64,000 nucleotides of DNA from Carcharhinus longimanus (Eukaryota). The translations under genes and the position numbers were made by a program. Of the stretch, positions 39,496 through 53,445 are shown piece by piece. The stretch is taken from assembly GCA_030264375.1 (NCBI GenBank), contig JASCQW010000119.1, positions 7,038,536 through 7,102,535 on the forward strand. The letters run 5' to 3'. The notes under the pieces were generated by a model. That model did not search any database. It saw only the letters and a program-made list of their open reading frames with translations, and was not told where the DNA came from. Numbering within the stretch: the stretch's first letter is position 1; every line of letters starts with the position of its first letter.

Positions 39496-41187
39496 TTCGA
39501 AATATCTCTGTTGAGAACGAATGTATTCGTCAATTTTAAAAAAAAATCCAGTATAATTGAGCGATTATTCCAATAGCCGCTGTGAGAATGAAAATGATTT
39601 TAGCCACGGAGACAGATTAAGAAACCACCGCCAATATACATTTTTATGTTAGGATTAGTCAATTTTGTTAACTTTTTTTTCTTAACAACGAGTAAATGAT
39701 AAACTACGCGACAGTTGAATTATCCTTGATAGTTATTATCACATCAAGTTAAATTCCGGAACATGATGAGATTAATTATTCGAACAAACCGTCTGCCTCG
39801 CTGATCTACAAATGTGCCAAAAAAAAAAAATCGTGTCATATTATCCTGAAAACGAGGCACCACAAATAGTTCAATGGCAAGTTATCTGCAGAGACGTTCA
39901 TGGAGAGTCCATTAATCCGTGTAGATGGATGAAATAAGAAACCTATACTGATTTTGGAGGCACGTTATACTTTGGCACGTGTGCACGATTGAAACACAGG
40001 TTCTCAACTGTTTTATTCAATTTTATTTGAAATGGAAATCGTTCAAAGAGTACCTGCGATTTTTTAAGTGAGAGCAAAAAGGGATTATTCAAAATTTGTG
40101 AAGAAATGAGTGAGAACTGTTGAACTTGGCACGTACGATAGATGAACTTGTCGATCAAGATCATTAATCTCTGAGCTATCTTGCCAGTCTGTGACTAACA
40201 GTGCATAATTTGTTAGACCAGAATATTATTTTACTGATACATTTCAGAAATAAAACGCTGATAAATAATTGAAGAGGACAAGATTGATTCGACAGTGCGC
40301 CGTGCCGACACGTCCATCCAAGTTTCATTCGATCTCGCTCGAAGGCAATGGGGAATCCCATTCTCCGAGCCACGCCCGCTCCGAAATCGGGACAGCTGTG
40401 GGGGCAAAATTCTGGAAAATGGCCAAAATGCCTTAATCTCTGCATAAACGACTTGAATACACTCGTGCTTTTTTTTGGTTAGTTTTTGTTTTGTTAATGT
40501 GATTTTTACGAGTTGCCTAAAATACGAGACTAATGCCTGAAATTTCCCCAGGGAAAGGTATTAGCTGACCTGACCTGTCCTCGCTGTTATGAACACGATA
40601 GTTGCAGAATCGTAGCAATCTCTGAGTCACTGTCTTAAATACTTGAGTTGTCAGCGACCTAACAGCACCATCCAAGGAAATTTGATTGACGAGCAAATAA
40701 AGAAAAACATCGATAGCATCGATTGACCATTTCTTGCCGTTTGTGGAATGTTCATTTTTTTGCGTTTTCATATGCGTTATCGATTATGTACTAATTATTT
40801 TGTAATTGAAACTGATGTTGCCATTGCTGAACTTGTATTGAACAGGTAACGAATAGAAGCAAACTTTATTCTTGCATTATCAGGAAAAATGCAATTTTAA
40901 TTGCACTGAGTGTTTGATTGTTGTTGAATCTGCATTTCTAATGTGCAGAGTGCGCTTTAGATGTGTAAATTAAACGTGAGATTGAGGAACACAAATACAT
41001 TCGCTCATTTGCATGCAGGTACAACATTTGGGCGTCCTCCGTTTGTGGACTACAGAAGCAATGAGTTGTTCTGATTCTTACCGACGCTGCCATTGATCAA
41101 AACTTTGCAACAAGCAGCATCAGCGGGATGGAAAAAGCAGGAAATCTCTCTTGTGAAAACAAAATAATGTGTATGTTGCAATGCAAA

Positions 41188-41345
41188 TCAAGAGCAGAAA
41201 ATGCTGTGAAATCTCAGCAGATCTGCCAACATTCTGGAGAGTTACTGTAGCCAAAAGGTGGTGTCTTGATCGTGAAGTCTACCATATCACCACAGATGCG
41301 GTTAGACATGCGGACATATTCCCCTATGTTAGGTGTTTGTTTGTT
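41188..41345. mobile_element. Decayed palindromic Penelope-terminal-derived element
   Basis: gcagaaaatgctgtgaaatctcagcagatctgccaacat and ccacagatgcggttagacatgcggacatattc are imperfect inverted arms resembling a common chondrichthyan repeat (from recall). Confidence 0.4.
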
Positions 41346-41479
41346 TCACGTGTATCAGTTCGCACTGTCAACTTAATTGTTTTGCATTCGACCAAATCGT
41401 TTAGCGCTGTTAGCAACACACTTAGGTCTGATGATAAACATTGAACTTTCAAATGTCGTGTAAATTCAACAAACATGGC

Positions 41480-41740
41480 AGTGTCTGAGTGTTCTTTGAA
41501 GTGTAATAGATTCGGAAACATGTGTGGACCAGGCTAGGTAGGGATGACAATTAATATAGCGACCGTGCATTAATGATCTTGCATAATAATCAACATTATT
41601 GGTTCTGCCACCTTCAGTCTTCGAACAAAGAATATGTATTTAATCGATTTTCAATATCTGCCAGATTGGATTTTGAAAGCAGATCGCCAGAACATGGCAA
41701 TGGGCTTCTCGCTCAGTAGTCGAATGACAACAACGCCAAT
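41480..41740 (-). mobile_element. Old family C SINE
   Basis: acatgtgtggaccaggctaggtagggatgacaa and tatctgccagattggattttgaa...gccagaacat resemble the reverse complement of the family C core and head. Confidence 0.45.
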
Positions 41741-42284
41741 CAGATTCTCGACATCATGTTCACCAGGAACGCCATGGGAGAATGATGCAGAGAGTTTGTA
41801 ATCTGCCCTGTTTAATGATTTTACCAATCAGGTCAGGTATTAAAATGTGTTTTATCAATTCCTCCTCAATCATGTATCTCACAATGTGAATTTGGCCAGT
41901 GTAACCATACGATATTTCAATGTGGGTATGGTTCAAGTGTCCCATGGGGGAGATTTTACCAACTATATTTAAGAATACAGTTAAATTATATAGCAAAAAG
42001 AAATCCAAACAACAAAAAAAACAAGCAATTGTATGAACTTTCATAAGTATATAAACGTTTCAACGTAACAAACCTCCTTAAGACGCACCCCTCGATTTAG
42101 GATTAGCATAAAAAAGAATAATGTTCATGAAATGCTGGAACACAGTTCTTTGGTTGTAGACTTGCACAACTGACTTCCCCGCCTTGTTATTTCCAGGTAG
42201 AGCTAACATCACCACAGGACCCTGGCTTTCCCCAGCCAACTGTGGAGAGAAAGAAACTCCAGTCACATCTGAGGAACTGTGGGA

Positions 42285-42741
42285 ACCTACCTTTGTCGCA
42301 ATTGTTTGTACTGCTGTCTCTGATCGACAGGGAACCGTTTTTGATTCCCACTTTTGGTTACTGTCTCTTCTGAGCCTCTCACATGTCTGCATGTTTTCTG
42401 TCCGGATGCTCGGGTTTCCTCAAACTGTCCGAAATATCTGCCAGTTAGGTCCATTGGACATGCTGAATTTTCGCTTACTGAACCGAACAGGCGTCAGCAG
42501 TGCATGAGAGTTTTGCGTATTTAGTTACTGTCTCTTCTGAGGCGGCACACTCTCAAATTTCTTCATGGCTTCTGTCTGGATGGTCGCGTTTCCTCAAACT
42601 GCCCGAAGTATCCGCCAGTTCCGTCCATTGGCCATGCTAAATTTTCCCTCAGTGAGCCGAACAGGCATCAGCAGTGCATGAGAGTTTTGCGTAACACCAT
42701 TGCAGTGTTAATGTAAGCCTACTTGTGACACGTAAATAAAA
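42285..42741 (+). mobile_element. Type B V-SINE with internal ~167 bp tandem duplication
   Basis: gttactgtctcttctgag...cagcagtgcatgagagttttgcgta occurs at 42357-42519 and 42524-42693, followed by one tail cattgcagtgttaatgtaagcctacttgtgacacgtaaataaa. Confidence 0.85.
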
Positions 42742-42747
42742 TTTATT

Positions 42748-44462
42748 AACATAGAAACACAAAAATACAGGAGCAGGAGGAGGCTCTTCGAACTTTGTCC
42801 TCAATTCATTACGAACATGAGTGATAACGCAACTCAATAGCATAATCCTGGATCCTTTTTTTGCCATAAGCTTTGATACCATCCGCCCAAGTCCTATAAC
42901 CTACCTCTAAAATGCATTCAATTATTTGTCCTGAACTACTTCCTGTGGTAATGAATAGCATAGACAAACCACTTTTTGAGACAAGGAAAGACCAGTCGTC
43001 TCCTCTCTATAGGGTCTACGCTGATTATTCAGACTGTGATGCCTAGTTCTGGACTCCTCCACCATCGGAAATATCCTCAATGCATCTACTCTGTCGATTC
43101 CTGATAGAATGAGAATTCCACCTCACTCGTCTGAACTCCAGCATAAACACACAATACGTTGTCAATCTCTGCTCATACATCAGTCCTTCCATCATCGAAT
43201 TCAGTCTAGTAAAGCTTCGCTGCAATCCCTGGAGAACATGAACATCCTTCATCGGAAAAGGAGATCAAAAATGTGCACAAGGTGCGGCTTGACCATGACC
43301 CTGTATAATTGTAACAACACCCCCCTTCTCCGGTACTCATAATCTCTCGCAATGAAAACTAAAATGTCATTTCCCTTTTTGGATGTGTGTTGCACCTGCA
43401 TGGTTATCTTCAGTGACTGCATGGTGGGACCTGAACCATGGCATTCACGGTCCCACTGGATGCTCTCCTTTCCCAATTTAGAAACATTGAGGGAGTAATC
43501 TGCATTTATGTTTTTGGTTCCAAAGTGAATAACCTGACGTTTCCAAATTATACTGTATCTGCCATTGATCTGTCCACTCACCCAAACTTTCCAGATCATT
43601 CTGTATGATCTTTGTATTCTCGTCGTAGTTCATCTTCCAGCCAACTGGGTATCATCTGCAAATTTGCGATATTACATTTTGTTCCCTTACCCAAATGATT
43701 AATAAATATTGTGACTAGCTGGAATCCCAACACCGATCCATGTTGCAAGCGTCAAGTTACAGCCTGCCAATTTGAAAAACGCCCATTAATTCCTATTTGT
43801 TCTTTCCTCTTTGCCATCCTGTTTTCTATGAATATCAATTCACTTCCTTCAATCCATGTACTCTAATCTTGCACAATAATATCTTGTGCGGGACGTTATC
43901 TCCTGCTTTCTGAATGTGCAAATATACCACATCAAATGCCAGCCCCAACCCCTCGCCGTCGAGTCCACGAGTTACACATTCAAAGGATTATTACAGATTT
44001 GGCAAGCATGATTTCCCTTCAAACATTCATGCTGACTCTGTCTGATGCTGCCATTGCTTTCTAAATGTTCTGCATCAAATTCCGTGATAATGCATTTGAG
44101 ATTTTTTCCCACTTCCGGTGTTAAGCTTACTGGTCTATAATTCTCTATTTTCTCTCTACTCCCCTTTTTGAATATTGGAGCTACCCTCCAATCTGCAGGT
44201 ACTCTTCCAGATTCGAAAGAACCCTGGAAGATCGCACCAATACATCCATTAATTCTTGAGTCATTTCCTTAGCTACTCTGGCATGTAGATTACCAGGCCC
44301 TAGGGATTTATCCTCCTTCAATCCCATCTACCTTTCCAGAACCATTTCTCAACTAATACTTATCTCCTTCACTTTTTCTCTCTGACAAAATCCTGCATTC
44401 CCCATTTTTTGGGCATTTGATTTGTGTCATCTGCTGTGAAGACAGGACTAAAGTGTACATTA
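42748..44462 (-). mobile_element. Decayed CR1 LINE, RT and 3' end, running into a gap
   Basis: ORFs 43249-43599 (VIHFGTKN..VLLQLYRVMVKPHL) and 43043-43252 (LQGLQRSFTRL). gtatcatctgcaaatttgc is reverse-complemented KFADDT; ttactggtctataatt is NYRPVS. Tail aggagcaggaggaggc. Confidence 0.92.
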
Positions 44463-47400
44463 NNNNNNNNNNNNNNNNNNNNNNNNNNNNNNNNNNNNNN
44501 NNNNNNNNNNNNNNNNNNNNNNNNNNNNNNNNNNNNNNNNNNNNNNNNNNNNNNNNNNNNNNATAATAGATACATTTTTGTATATTTTGTGAAGTTTTGC
44601 TTTTTGGTTTTGTATGCGCTGTAATATATTAAGTAAACGTATTCAATGGAAACTCAGGTTCACTCTAATAGAGATCTTCCGGAGAAGATCTCAGAACAGA
44701 AAATAAAGGTGTCTCGTTGCAGTTGTGAAAATGAGTTCATTGTAGCGAACACCGGTCGAGCTTAGTGGAGCAGTTATTTGAAATGATTGGCGAAATTTGA
44801 AGCATTTTCCATTGGTTCGATCAGGAACACTAATTGTTGCAACTGTGCATTGGTGCGGAACAAGTTGACTGACGTTCAGAGAGAGAAAACAGACAATGGT
44901 ACGTTCAGTACGAGAGTTGCTGAATTGCATGTCAATGGAGATCTTTTTTTCCTCTCGTCCAGTCGTCGGTGTTGTAACTCTCCAAGTGTTCCATTCCTGC
45001 TGATGTTTGAAAGGCGTCGGGAATGCATAAACATGGATTCTCATTGAGGAAATTGATGCTTCACAATTTTGAAACGAGCCAGTACTGGATAACGGCACAG
45101 TTTTTATTTTATGAAGAAAAATCCTCTGCAATGTTTATTTCAGAAAGAACAACACACTTCCAAGCACTGATACGCGCTATATCATTGGTCATCGCCCAGT
45201 GGCATGTAATGCAATAAGCACACACTTTCACAGAGCAGTGGATCCTGCATTTCTGTTGAATTAGCGTGCAACATGATTCTGTTTAGCCACGTGAAGAAAA
45301 CGAAAGCTATTGTAAACTTATTACCGGATTCTATTCCTTGCGTTAAGGCTGATGATTAAATTTTACACCATAAGATGATTGTCAGCTTGGTTCTAAAAAA
45401 AAACAATGACGTCATTGCGCTGCTATTTCCCTCTTATGCGAAGAGGTGTGAAGAGGTGGCTGAATTCAAATGCGTGGAACATAGAACACATTTGAATTCA
45501 AATGCATAGAACATAGTTCATTACAAGGGTCATTTTGAATGATGGCGGCGGGCAGATTTATTATTGATCACAATCTGACTTTCGGCAAGTTATTTTAGCA
45601 ATCATGTTTTCCTGGAATGTATTCCTATCTCGTTTCTATATTCAGCTGGCTGCTTGTTGAGCGAGGGAGTCTTCTTCATTTGGCTTCGGGACATACAATT
45701 AATTAATTATCTGACTGTCGATGCAAAAGAATGGAGGCAATAACATGAATTTTCATTCACTTCGTCAGGATTGGTAACAAAATGGATCTGAACACTGAAA
45801 TTCGTTTGTAATTTGCCCTGTAGGGGTGATCGTATACGATCAGACAGCCATTGCGAAAACACTTCAACTTGTTGACAAGATAAGACGTGGTGGGACATAT
45901 ATCCGTGCATGCCATTATTCCTTTCTACTATCAGTCCAATACAATGAGCATCCTGCGACAATTTCGTGGAGATAGTGTTACATGGCTGAATGAGTCACAG
46001 TGGCTGCACCAATCTGAATTTCCATAAATATCTCTCAAATAACAAAATCCTTTCGCTCTCATGGCTGTGAGTTACTCTCTGCCAATGTTGTTTCGAGGAA
46101 TCTGTGTCAACGGTAAACAGTGTCCACGGTAATTTCGGCTAATAGATTCGCTTTCCCTTGTTAATAGGATCCCTGTATAATTCGGCCTTGTAACTAGTGT
46201 CCTGCGAGAAACCACATTTTAGGCAAATTGCTACGCGACTTCCTTATGCCTGTGAGCCGAGCAATGCTACACCAGAGTAAGGAGTGTTCATTTTAATAAG
46301 TAACTGCCCAGTTCATTATTTGCTTCCTTCTAGTAGGATAACAAAATATATATATACCCAAATGCATGAGGTGCGTGCCAGCGTGCGCCCATTAATCTCA
46401 TTGCATCTTCCTCTGATGCAAAAGCTCACAAGCACCGTCATACAATTCCTAAATTAGAAAAAAAAACCTACACGGTTAGTATATTACGATCGCAGTTACT
46501 CGAGTTTTCAATAAAAGATTCGTTGGATTCTTCTTAGGAAAACATACGCTTCCTCTGCTTCAGTCTATTGTTGTGACGTACCTTACACTGACGGAATGGC
46601 AAATGCAGACACTGAAAGCAGAGCAGGATCCTATGAAAGAGCATGAAATATTACTTGACGTGTTCTCCATCTACAGGATGCTGCTGCATCCCGTTGACTA
46701 ACGTTGGAATTCGAGTGGTGCCTGTTTTCATTTCGTTTGTAAACTGTTTTCACACACGCGGTTGGATAAATCACATTGTCCTCAATAGTGGATTTGGGGA
46801 AGCTCAACTTTGAGACGTTTTAGCCTTTTTACCAAAATGGTTTCGGCTCGTGTAAGTGCTCCTGCGTGTTCATAAGCACTTGGAAAACCAGGTGTCAGAT
46901 AATAAAACAACACTTCTAAAACAGGGCATGATGTTGCAAAGAATGAAGCACGGCACCGCTGAAGTGATTTCCATATGCTGCATGACGTTACAGACATCTC
47001 TACATTTGTATGAATTATCAATTTGACAACATTTATATTACTCTACTCTCGTCACGGACATTACGTGGCGCATATAAAGAAAACAAAGTAAACCTGCGGT
47101 AGCAGAACACCGGGGCTAAGCGACGGATCTCATTCTAATCAGATGCATTGGACTTGCTTTCATTTGCTAAATCGAAGTGTAGCCATCTACAAAGGCCATG
47201 ATCAAGTTTCACAGTCCTGAAGGTCTCCTTGTGTAGTTTGGCTCTTTAAAAAAAATTCAATCCCATGTTTTGTCTGCTCTGTTTCAGCTTGAAACTTGGT
47301 GGAGCTGTTTTTTTGGTGCAAATTGAACTTGACTGAAAATGACGAATTTCAATCTCTGCCATTCTTGCTCGCATTTGTGCTGAAACGTTCAACTTTTTAG

Positions 47401-49299
47401 AACAATTTTCTTTCATTGGTGGCCTGTATCTTTCTTCTCATTATCCTGTCTTTTAGGACAGATTATGCACAACAGTTCTTTTCCTTTTCGGTCGCCTTCT
47501 TCCAAGAAACTAAAATAACACTATTGTTTCGTCTTTATATCTTTACCTCTGGATGATATTTGTCGCAAGGAAACACACGATCTCTCCAGTCTTCAAGTAT
47601 TAAAACTGAATTCAAATGCAAGCTTTTTCTTACGGGAAAGCAAAATACACCTTATCTTTTCGGAAGAGTGTACAATTATATAAGTATCATTAACGTTAAA
47701 GAGAAATTCGTGTGCCCGAAGGGAAAAAATGCAAACTTCAATGACTTAAATGTATGTCTTCTAAATGTATTTCAGTTCAACAGAAGAACCTTTCAGAACA
47801 GTGAAGACCGATTTACAATTACGTTACTTTTACTTCACATGCATTTAACACTTCAAAGTCCTAACAAGAGAAAAATAGGTTATTGATAAGTCATGCGTGC
47901 CTTTCATTCCCCAGCAATGCATGGAGTAATTGCAAGTCAAATGCATTGAGCGAAATAAATTTAATGTATAGAAAAAGAATAGCAGAAGGTGAACATCAAA
48001 CATTACCAAATATCAACACGTGATTTATTTATATCTTTGGTCCATGTTTAATTAAGGAAACAATAATTGTTTTAAGTACGCAAACATTTCTTTTCAGGTA
48101 AATGCAACATGAATTGCATACTGAAGCTAATATTTGGAACTTGACTGCGGTAAATATCCCGTCGATTCAACGAATTGAGAAGTTCATTTTGGCACGTCAC
48201 CATTTCATTTCACCATTTTCACATTTTTTCCTTTGTTGATTCTTTTTTTTGGTGTGATGCATCTAACACACAAGCAAAATATATACACGTTTAAGCTTGG
48301 ATTGATTGCTGATCTGTTTGCAATAATATTCTTTATCCTCATTCCAATTCGAGCAAATATGTTCCTCTTCCATTTGAACAGCGTCAGTTATCGTCCACGT
48401 CTCGAGTCTCCTGTTTCTTTTTTAAAAAAAATCAGTTGTATAATTGTTTTCAACTCATTTACACAATCGGTGACAAGGAGAATGTGTGTCCTCTACAAGT
48501 CATTCGAACTCTGGTGCACTCCGTCCACTTGCTACCACGCTGACTGCTCTATTATCACTATGAAGTGTCTTGAAATCAACATTTTTTTTTCTTTTGTGTG
48601 TGTTTGTTTGTTTTTGAATGGGATGGGAATTACAATTTTATTTATTTCTCTTAAAGCTCCGTCATCTTTGTTGAGAAACACTTCAGTTGGCTCCCTATTG
48701 TCTATTATTGAACTGTATCCATCATTCAGGTTAATTGGTCCTGTTCTATTTTTATGTTTTGAGATAAATGAATAATTGAACTGCAATTTCCTGAATCGAA
48801 TGGGCAGAACAAATGCTGAGCCTCAACCTTTAGGTTTACATCAGTATAAATATTACCGCTGATGGCTGCTAACGCTCCTACCACTAATACGGCACCAAGT
48901 CGACGGGGCACGTCTGTTCACATTTGCTGCCCAGCACATAACCGAGAAAAGCTGCCCCTTTGAAAAAAGTTATTTAATCGTGAATAAAACATTCACTTCA
49001 CATTTTTAGTTGCGTTTTCATCATTTTTACATCGAACCAGTTTGAACGACATTGTTCACCTATACACTCACCTGCTTTCAGCTCAGTTATTTCTAGAACA
49101 CAAAAGAGGTGATAAAACATTTTGTAAAAGCAATAATTGTTGTACTGAGAATCATCTGCAGTATGACAGCAAACCCACACAATGATTCAGATGTAGCAAA
49201 AGATAACCTTTTCCAATCTCATGGAAAGCTTTCAGCCACGTAATGTACAGCCACACTATAGGGCCACAAAATAGCCACGGCCTGCCGAACAGATGCCCC

Positions 49300-49369
49300 G
49301 CGGAACACTGGTTAGCAATGTTGCTTAATAGAGTTAGGGACTGGGGTTTGATTTCAGGTTTGGGTCAGT
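49300..49369 (+). mobile_element. V-SINE head truncated by the Harbinger insertion
   Basis: ctggttagcaatgttgct...agggactggggtttgatttcaggtttgggtca resembles the heads of other V-SINE copies. Confidence 0.45.
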
Positions 49370-49500
49370 CATCAGGATCTTACCGCCTCGTCGCGGATGT
49401 AAAATTGGACATGAAGCGTCCAGCGGCGATGCCGACCGTTTCGGGCCTGTTCCCACTTCACCACGTAAAAAAAAAAGCCCCGATCAGAAATGCACCCTAA

Positions 49501-50616
49501 GGACCCGATTTTACCATATTGATTCTAAATGTCACATAGTACTTCAAATGTGACTGGGAAAACTGTCCTCAGATACCCCCATAATTACCTAGGCTCAAAA
49601 AAATAGTCGCGGATCTGTATTGCGCTGTGGGTGGGCTTACGTTGCCCGAAGAAATTCAGCTCTGAGCGAAGCTTTGAACTGCGCATGAGCGGTGAGAAAA
49701 TAACTGATGAAACGCGCCCCAGTCACATGGCTCCCTCAAGAAAGAGGCCTGGAAGCAAAACTAAAAATGGGAGCGATGGACCGTACAGATATCGCCCCAT
49801 GCCTACAACATAACTACCCCCTTATCCACACATCCCACTTCACCNNNNNNNNNNNNNNNNNNNNNNNNNNNNNNNNNNNNNNNNNNNNNNNNNNNNNNNN
49901 NNNNNNNNNNNNNNNNNNNNNNNNNNNNNNNNNNNNNNNNNNNNCCGGCCTCTCCTCCCTCTCCCCACCAGGGATACATCTGACTCGCCTCCAACCCCAC
50001 CACGCGAACGACCAGGCCTCCTCCCCCGCCAGATTATGATCTGACTCCCTCTTCCCCTACCAGAGAATCTGACCTCCCTCCTCCCCTACTCCGTACTTTG
50101 AACATCTGGCCTCCCTCTTCCGCCCCCCTCCCACCCTTCCAGAAACGATCTGGCCTCCCTTCTCCACGACGCCCCCCTCACCAGAGTGATCTGGGCCGCC
50201 TCCTTCCATCAACGCCTCCGCTCCAGTCCCCCCGCCCCCCTCCACCCAGCAACGATCTGAGTTGGATAGCCGTTAGAAGCTCTGAATTTACCTCTTCAGA
50301 ACCTGGTGCGCCTGAGACAGATCTTCGCCGCGCATATCTATTTCATGCCAAATGTGGACGCGCGAAAGCAATGGTAAAGAGGAGACTGTTTGTAATGTTG
50401 GGAGAACAAGCCTTTAATTCAATTTAAATGCACACGAACGCATTTAAATCACCGTTGCACCCGTTTCGGGCAATGTTCGGATCGCGGCCATTTTCAGGCC
50501 TTGGTAAAGTGTGCATCTATGTGGACGTGTGCATGAATCGCGATAATCGTCATACGATCCACTTCACCAAGTTGTCACCCCGAAAATGGACGCGACACGT
50601 TGGTGAAATCGGGCCC
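49501..50616. mobile_element. Harbinger-type MITE nested in the larger element
   Basis: TIRs GGACCCGATTTTACCA (49501-49516) and TGGTGAAATCGGGCCC (50601-50616) match 14/16. Flanks TAA and TAT fit a decayed 3 bp TWA TSD. Confidence 0.8.
49945..50262. repeat. C-rich minisatellite inside the MITE
   Basis: About eight degenerate units of gatctggcctccctctcccc spaced ~30-60 bp apart. Confidence 0.75.
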
Positions 50617-51387
50617 TATGCTTGCGAAATGTCAGTTTATAAGTTTCTGCTTTCATGGGAATATGATTACATAATTCCAAGCAGTCAATCCAGCTTGCGT
50701 TCCTTTACCACCTTAGTCAGGGAAACTGGATCGATCGAGAAACCGCCTTCCGTGTATAACACGGAGACTGGCTCTGTATTATTGAACACCAGCGATTTGT
50801 AAAGTCTCTGCTTTCGAACTGTTCTGTGCTGCTCAGAAGTGGCTATTTCATGCCGGCTATGTCGCGATTTGGCTCGTGTGGAGGGGGAGGGCGAAAGGGG
50901 CAGTGAGGTGTTAGCGAGTGTGTGAGTGGAAGTTTGAATGGCCCTGGCTTCACACGGATTCCAACATCGGACTTTCAGGGCGGATCCAAATCACTCATGG
51001 TCCAAGTGCACGCACCTGGAACCCCAGATGCGGGTGGGGTTTGATGGAAAATCTGAAAAAATACGGTGATGCAATCTCAGGATTTTTAAGCGGCTCCGTT
51101 TGTAGACCCCAGTGCATAGGTTTTTGTTTTCTGCCTCTGTGTAGTGCGGGACTGTGTTATACTTCAGGAAATGTTGTACTGCTGGGGGCTGTGGGGTTGG
51201 CTGGGGAGAATGTGTTGCTGTGGGGCTGTGGGGACGTGATTGGAGAGTTTGCGATGCCGGGTGCTGTAGGGATTGAGCATAGGGTGCTGGTGTTGGGATA
51301 CAGTGCTGTGTCTGAGGGTGAAGACATTCTTAAACCTCTACATTTGTCTCTCCACTTCAGGTATTTCATTCCATCCTGATTGATGAA

Positions 51388-52600
51388 ATGGCCTCTGTGA
51401 TGCAAACAATTGGCCATGTTATTTGTTTGCTTCCGGAGCCGTGGAGGAAGTGCAGGCAGAGGAGGCCCAGGCCTTACCACTCGCCGGCCTGGACGGAGTC
51501 GGCAATTGGAGGGAGGGCGTGGCTGCAATTCGCCCCATTGCATCAAATACGGCACGGGAGACTCGGGCAGTTCCGCAAACTGGTACCGTTCAAACAGGCG
51601 TTGGACATTGCGTGTCATTGATGGCAATAAGTCTGAAAAGAGATAGTGCAACGCCTGTGGCGTTCGCTGCAGCAGCTGACACCTCGCGGCATAGTGCAGC
51701 AGCTACTCATAGTGGATGTGAACCTGGCGGCTGTGTTTTTCTTTTGTGACATTGTCATCCCCGGGGTCCAGTGGAGATCATCTTTAGGCATCTCAGAAGT
51801 ATTCGTCCACAATTGTATAAGGGAGGTCAGGAAAGACGTGTATTCCGTGGCTGGCCAGTGTTCATATTTTGACATTGAATGTGTCCAGTAGGAATTCGGG
51901 CTGCTGCATTCACAGCCATCAGAGGGATTCCAAACATGCAGATGGTTATCGACTGCTTGTAAATCACACTCAACGTCACGGTCAAAAACACATCAAGAAT
52001 TGTGAATAGAGTGAGCATCCGTTCAATAAATGTGCAGTTGGCGTGTGACCATGTACGTTAGCACCAGGATCACTGGCAATGCGCATCAGAGCTTCATCTT
52101 GCATAGTTCCGATATCCAAGTTGCCTTTGAGGAGGAGGCTATTATGAATTGAGGTCTTGTGAAGAGATTTTGACGAGGAGTCGAAGGTGAATTGAATTTT
52201 GGGGGCATATGGTGTACCCGCTTCTGTGTTGGTTGATGACGCCTGTGCGCACGGATGAATCTGAAGCAGAAACCCAATACCCAATACAGCGAGGAAAACA
52301 TTGCCACCCGCTCAATAGTGGAGCTGTGCACAGCGCTTCTCAGGATGGGGTTCAGGTACATGGAACGCTGTGGAAGTGCCCTCGCATTTCTTTCCCTGAC
52401 AGGGGTGTGCTACGGCCTACACGTCTTGGCAGAGCAGTCAGGAGGCTTTTGGGAGGAAGACGACTTGTTGGACGACCGGCCGAGCTCCACTGGAGAGTAG
52501 ATAGTCCAGCGGGAGAAAGGGAGAAAGGAAGAGGGCGACAACGAAGAACAACACCACCCAGAAGCTAAAGGGCTTGTGATAGCAAGGGCCGGGCACGCCA
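51388..52600 (+). pseudogene. Harbinger (HARBI1-like) DDE transposase relic
   Basis: Frameshifted pieces in the correct order: LGISEVFVHNCIREV, FTAIRGIPNMQMVIDCL (first catalytic D), SINVQLACDH, YPLLCWLMTPVR, YSEENIATRSIVELCTALLRMGFRYMERCGSAL (catalytic E region), then an acidic tail. Confidence 0.87.
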
Positions 52601-53034
52601 GAACAGAAAGGAAGACCCTGAGCAACAAGTGGTTTGGCCAAACGGAGCCTGTGTTGCCACACTGGTTCCACAACCAACGAACACCCAACACCACCCGTCC
52701 CCCTCCCCCAGCCCTACAAACTCCTGCAACGTTATTACACAAGAAGCATGGCCCCAGGTACGTTGTCTGAGCACATTGCTATCACAGACAGGATGCAATG
52801 ACAACTCTGTCTGCAGTTAATGTTCATGATGCCTTGCCGCAAACGAGACTGAGCTAAGGTCCCTGAACACGCTGACAACTGGGCACACGACTCTATATTT
52901 GACAAGGAATCAGTAAAACAGCATGGAGTGCCGTTGGTCGTGTGGGCTGGAGAAGTGAAGGTAATCCCGTACTAGTTCTGGGAATGCGTGGTAGACGGTT
53001 AAAAAACTGATGCCAATGCATTGCTGTAGGCAAT

Positions 53035-53400
53035 GATTTATTAAGCGCCAACATTTTCTGAGTGAAGGACTGTTTGTGCGCTTCCTAAACTGACATCAAT
53101 TTGTAGCTTCCCTGGAGTAAGGATGTACATTTTAGAGGCAAATCTGAGGCAAGTTAATCACCTATCTAATGCTGACATCCACTCGTGCAATCTCACTGTT
53201 GCTACAACTTCCTAACGTTGCTTGGCCTACAAATAAGTATCCGGGTCCATCCAGAATGCACATCAGAGTTGGAGGTGGCCCAGGTATCTACGGTGTCCCG
53301 TATACCGTGATGCCATTGGCAATAGTCTTCTAGAGTATCAGGGCCTTGAGGGCCCTGGCAGGCAACAAGGTGCCTGGGAACTTTCCGTGAAACTTTTTTT
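53035..53400 (-). pseudogene. Probable 3' end of the Harbinger second gene (Myb/SANT-type partner), convergent with the transposase
   Basis: Minus translation PGPSRP near 53340-53360 and a minus-strand AATAAA at ~53037-53042. The assignment rests on known two-gene Harbinger organisation; the Myb domain itself is not seen. Confidence 0.4.
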
Positions 53401-53445
53401 TGTCTATCTGCACCGAGATGCCCCTTTTTCTGGTGGGGAGGGTGT

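Noticed and set aside
44671-44692. 9 bp-stem hairpin gagatcttc-cgga-gaagatctc
   Set aside because: Isolated short palindrome, plausible by chance in 64 kb.
44787-45047. ORF containing DNGTFS, reminiscent of Ig C1 domains
   Set aside because: Lacks the correctly spaced Cys/Trp framework; likely chance.
48233-48775. Longest ORF in the track (180 aa, hydrophobic)
   Set aside because: Non-ATG start and F/L/I-rich composition typical of T-rich non-coding DNA.
48532-48911. Signal-peptide-like stretch (LGAVLVVGALAAIS) with a donor, followed by a protein-like ORF
   Set aside because: No ATG, and the spliced frame stops after ~21 codons. No Ig or other domain motif is seen.
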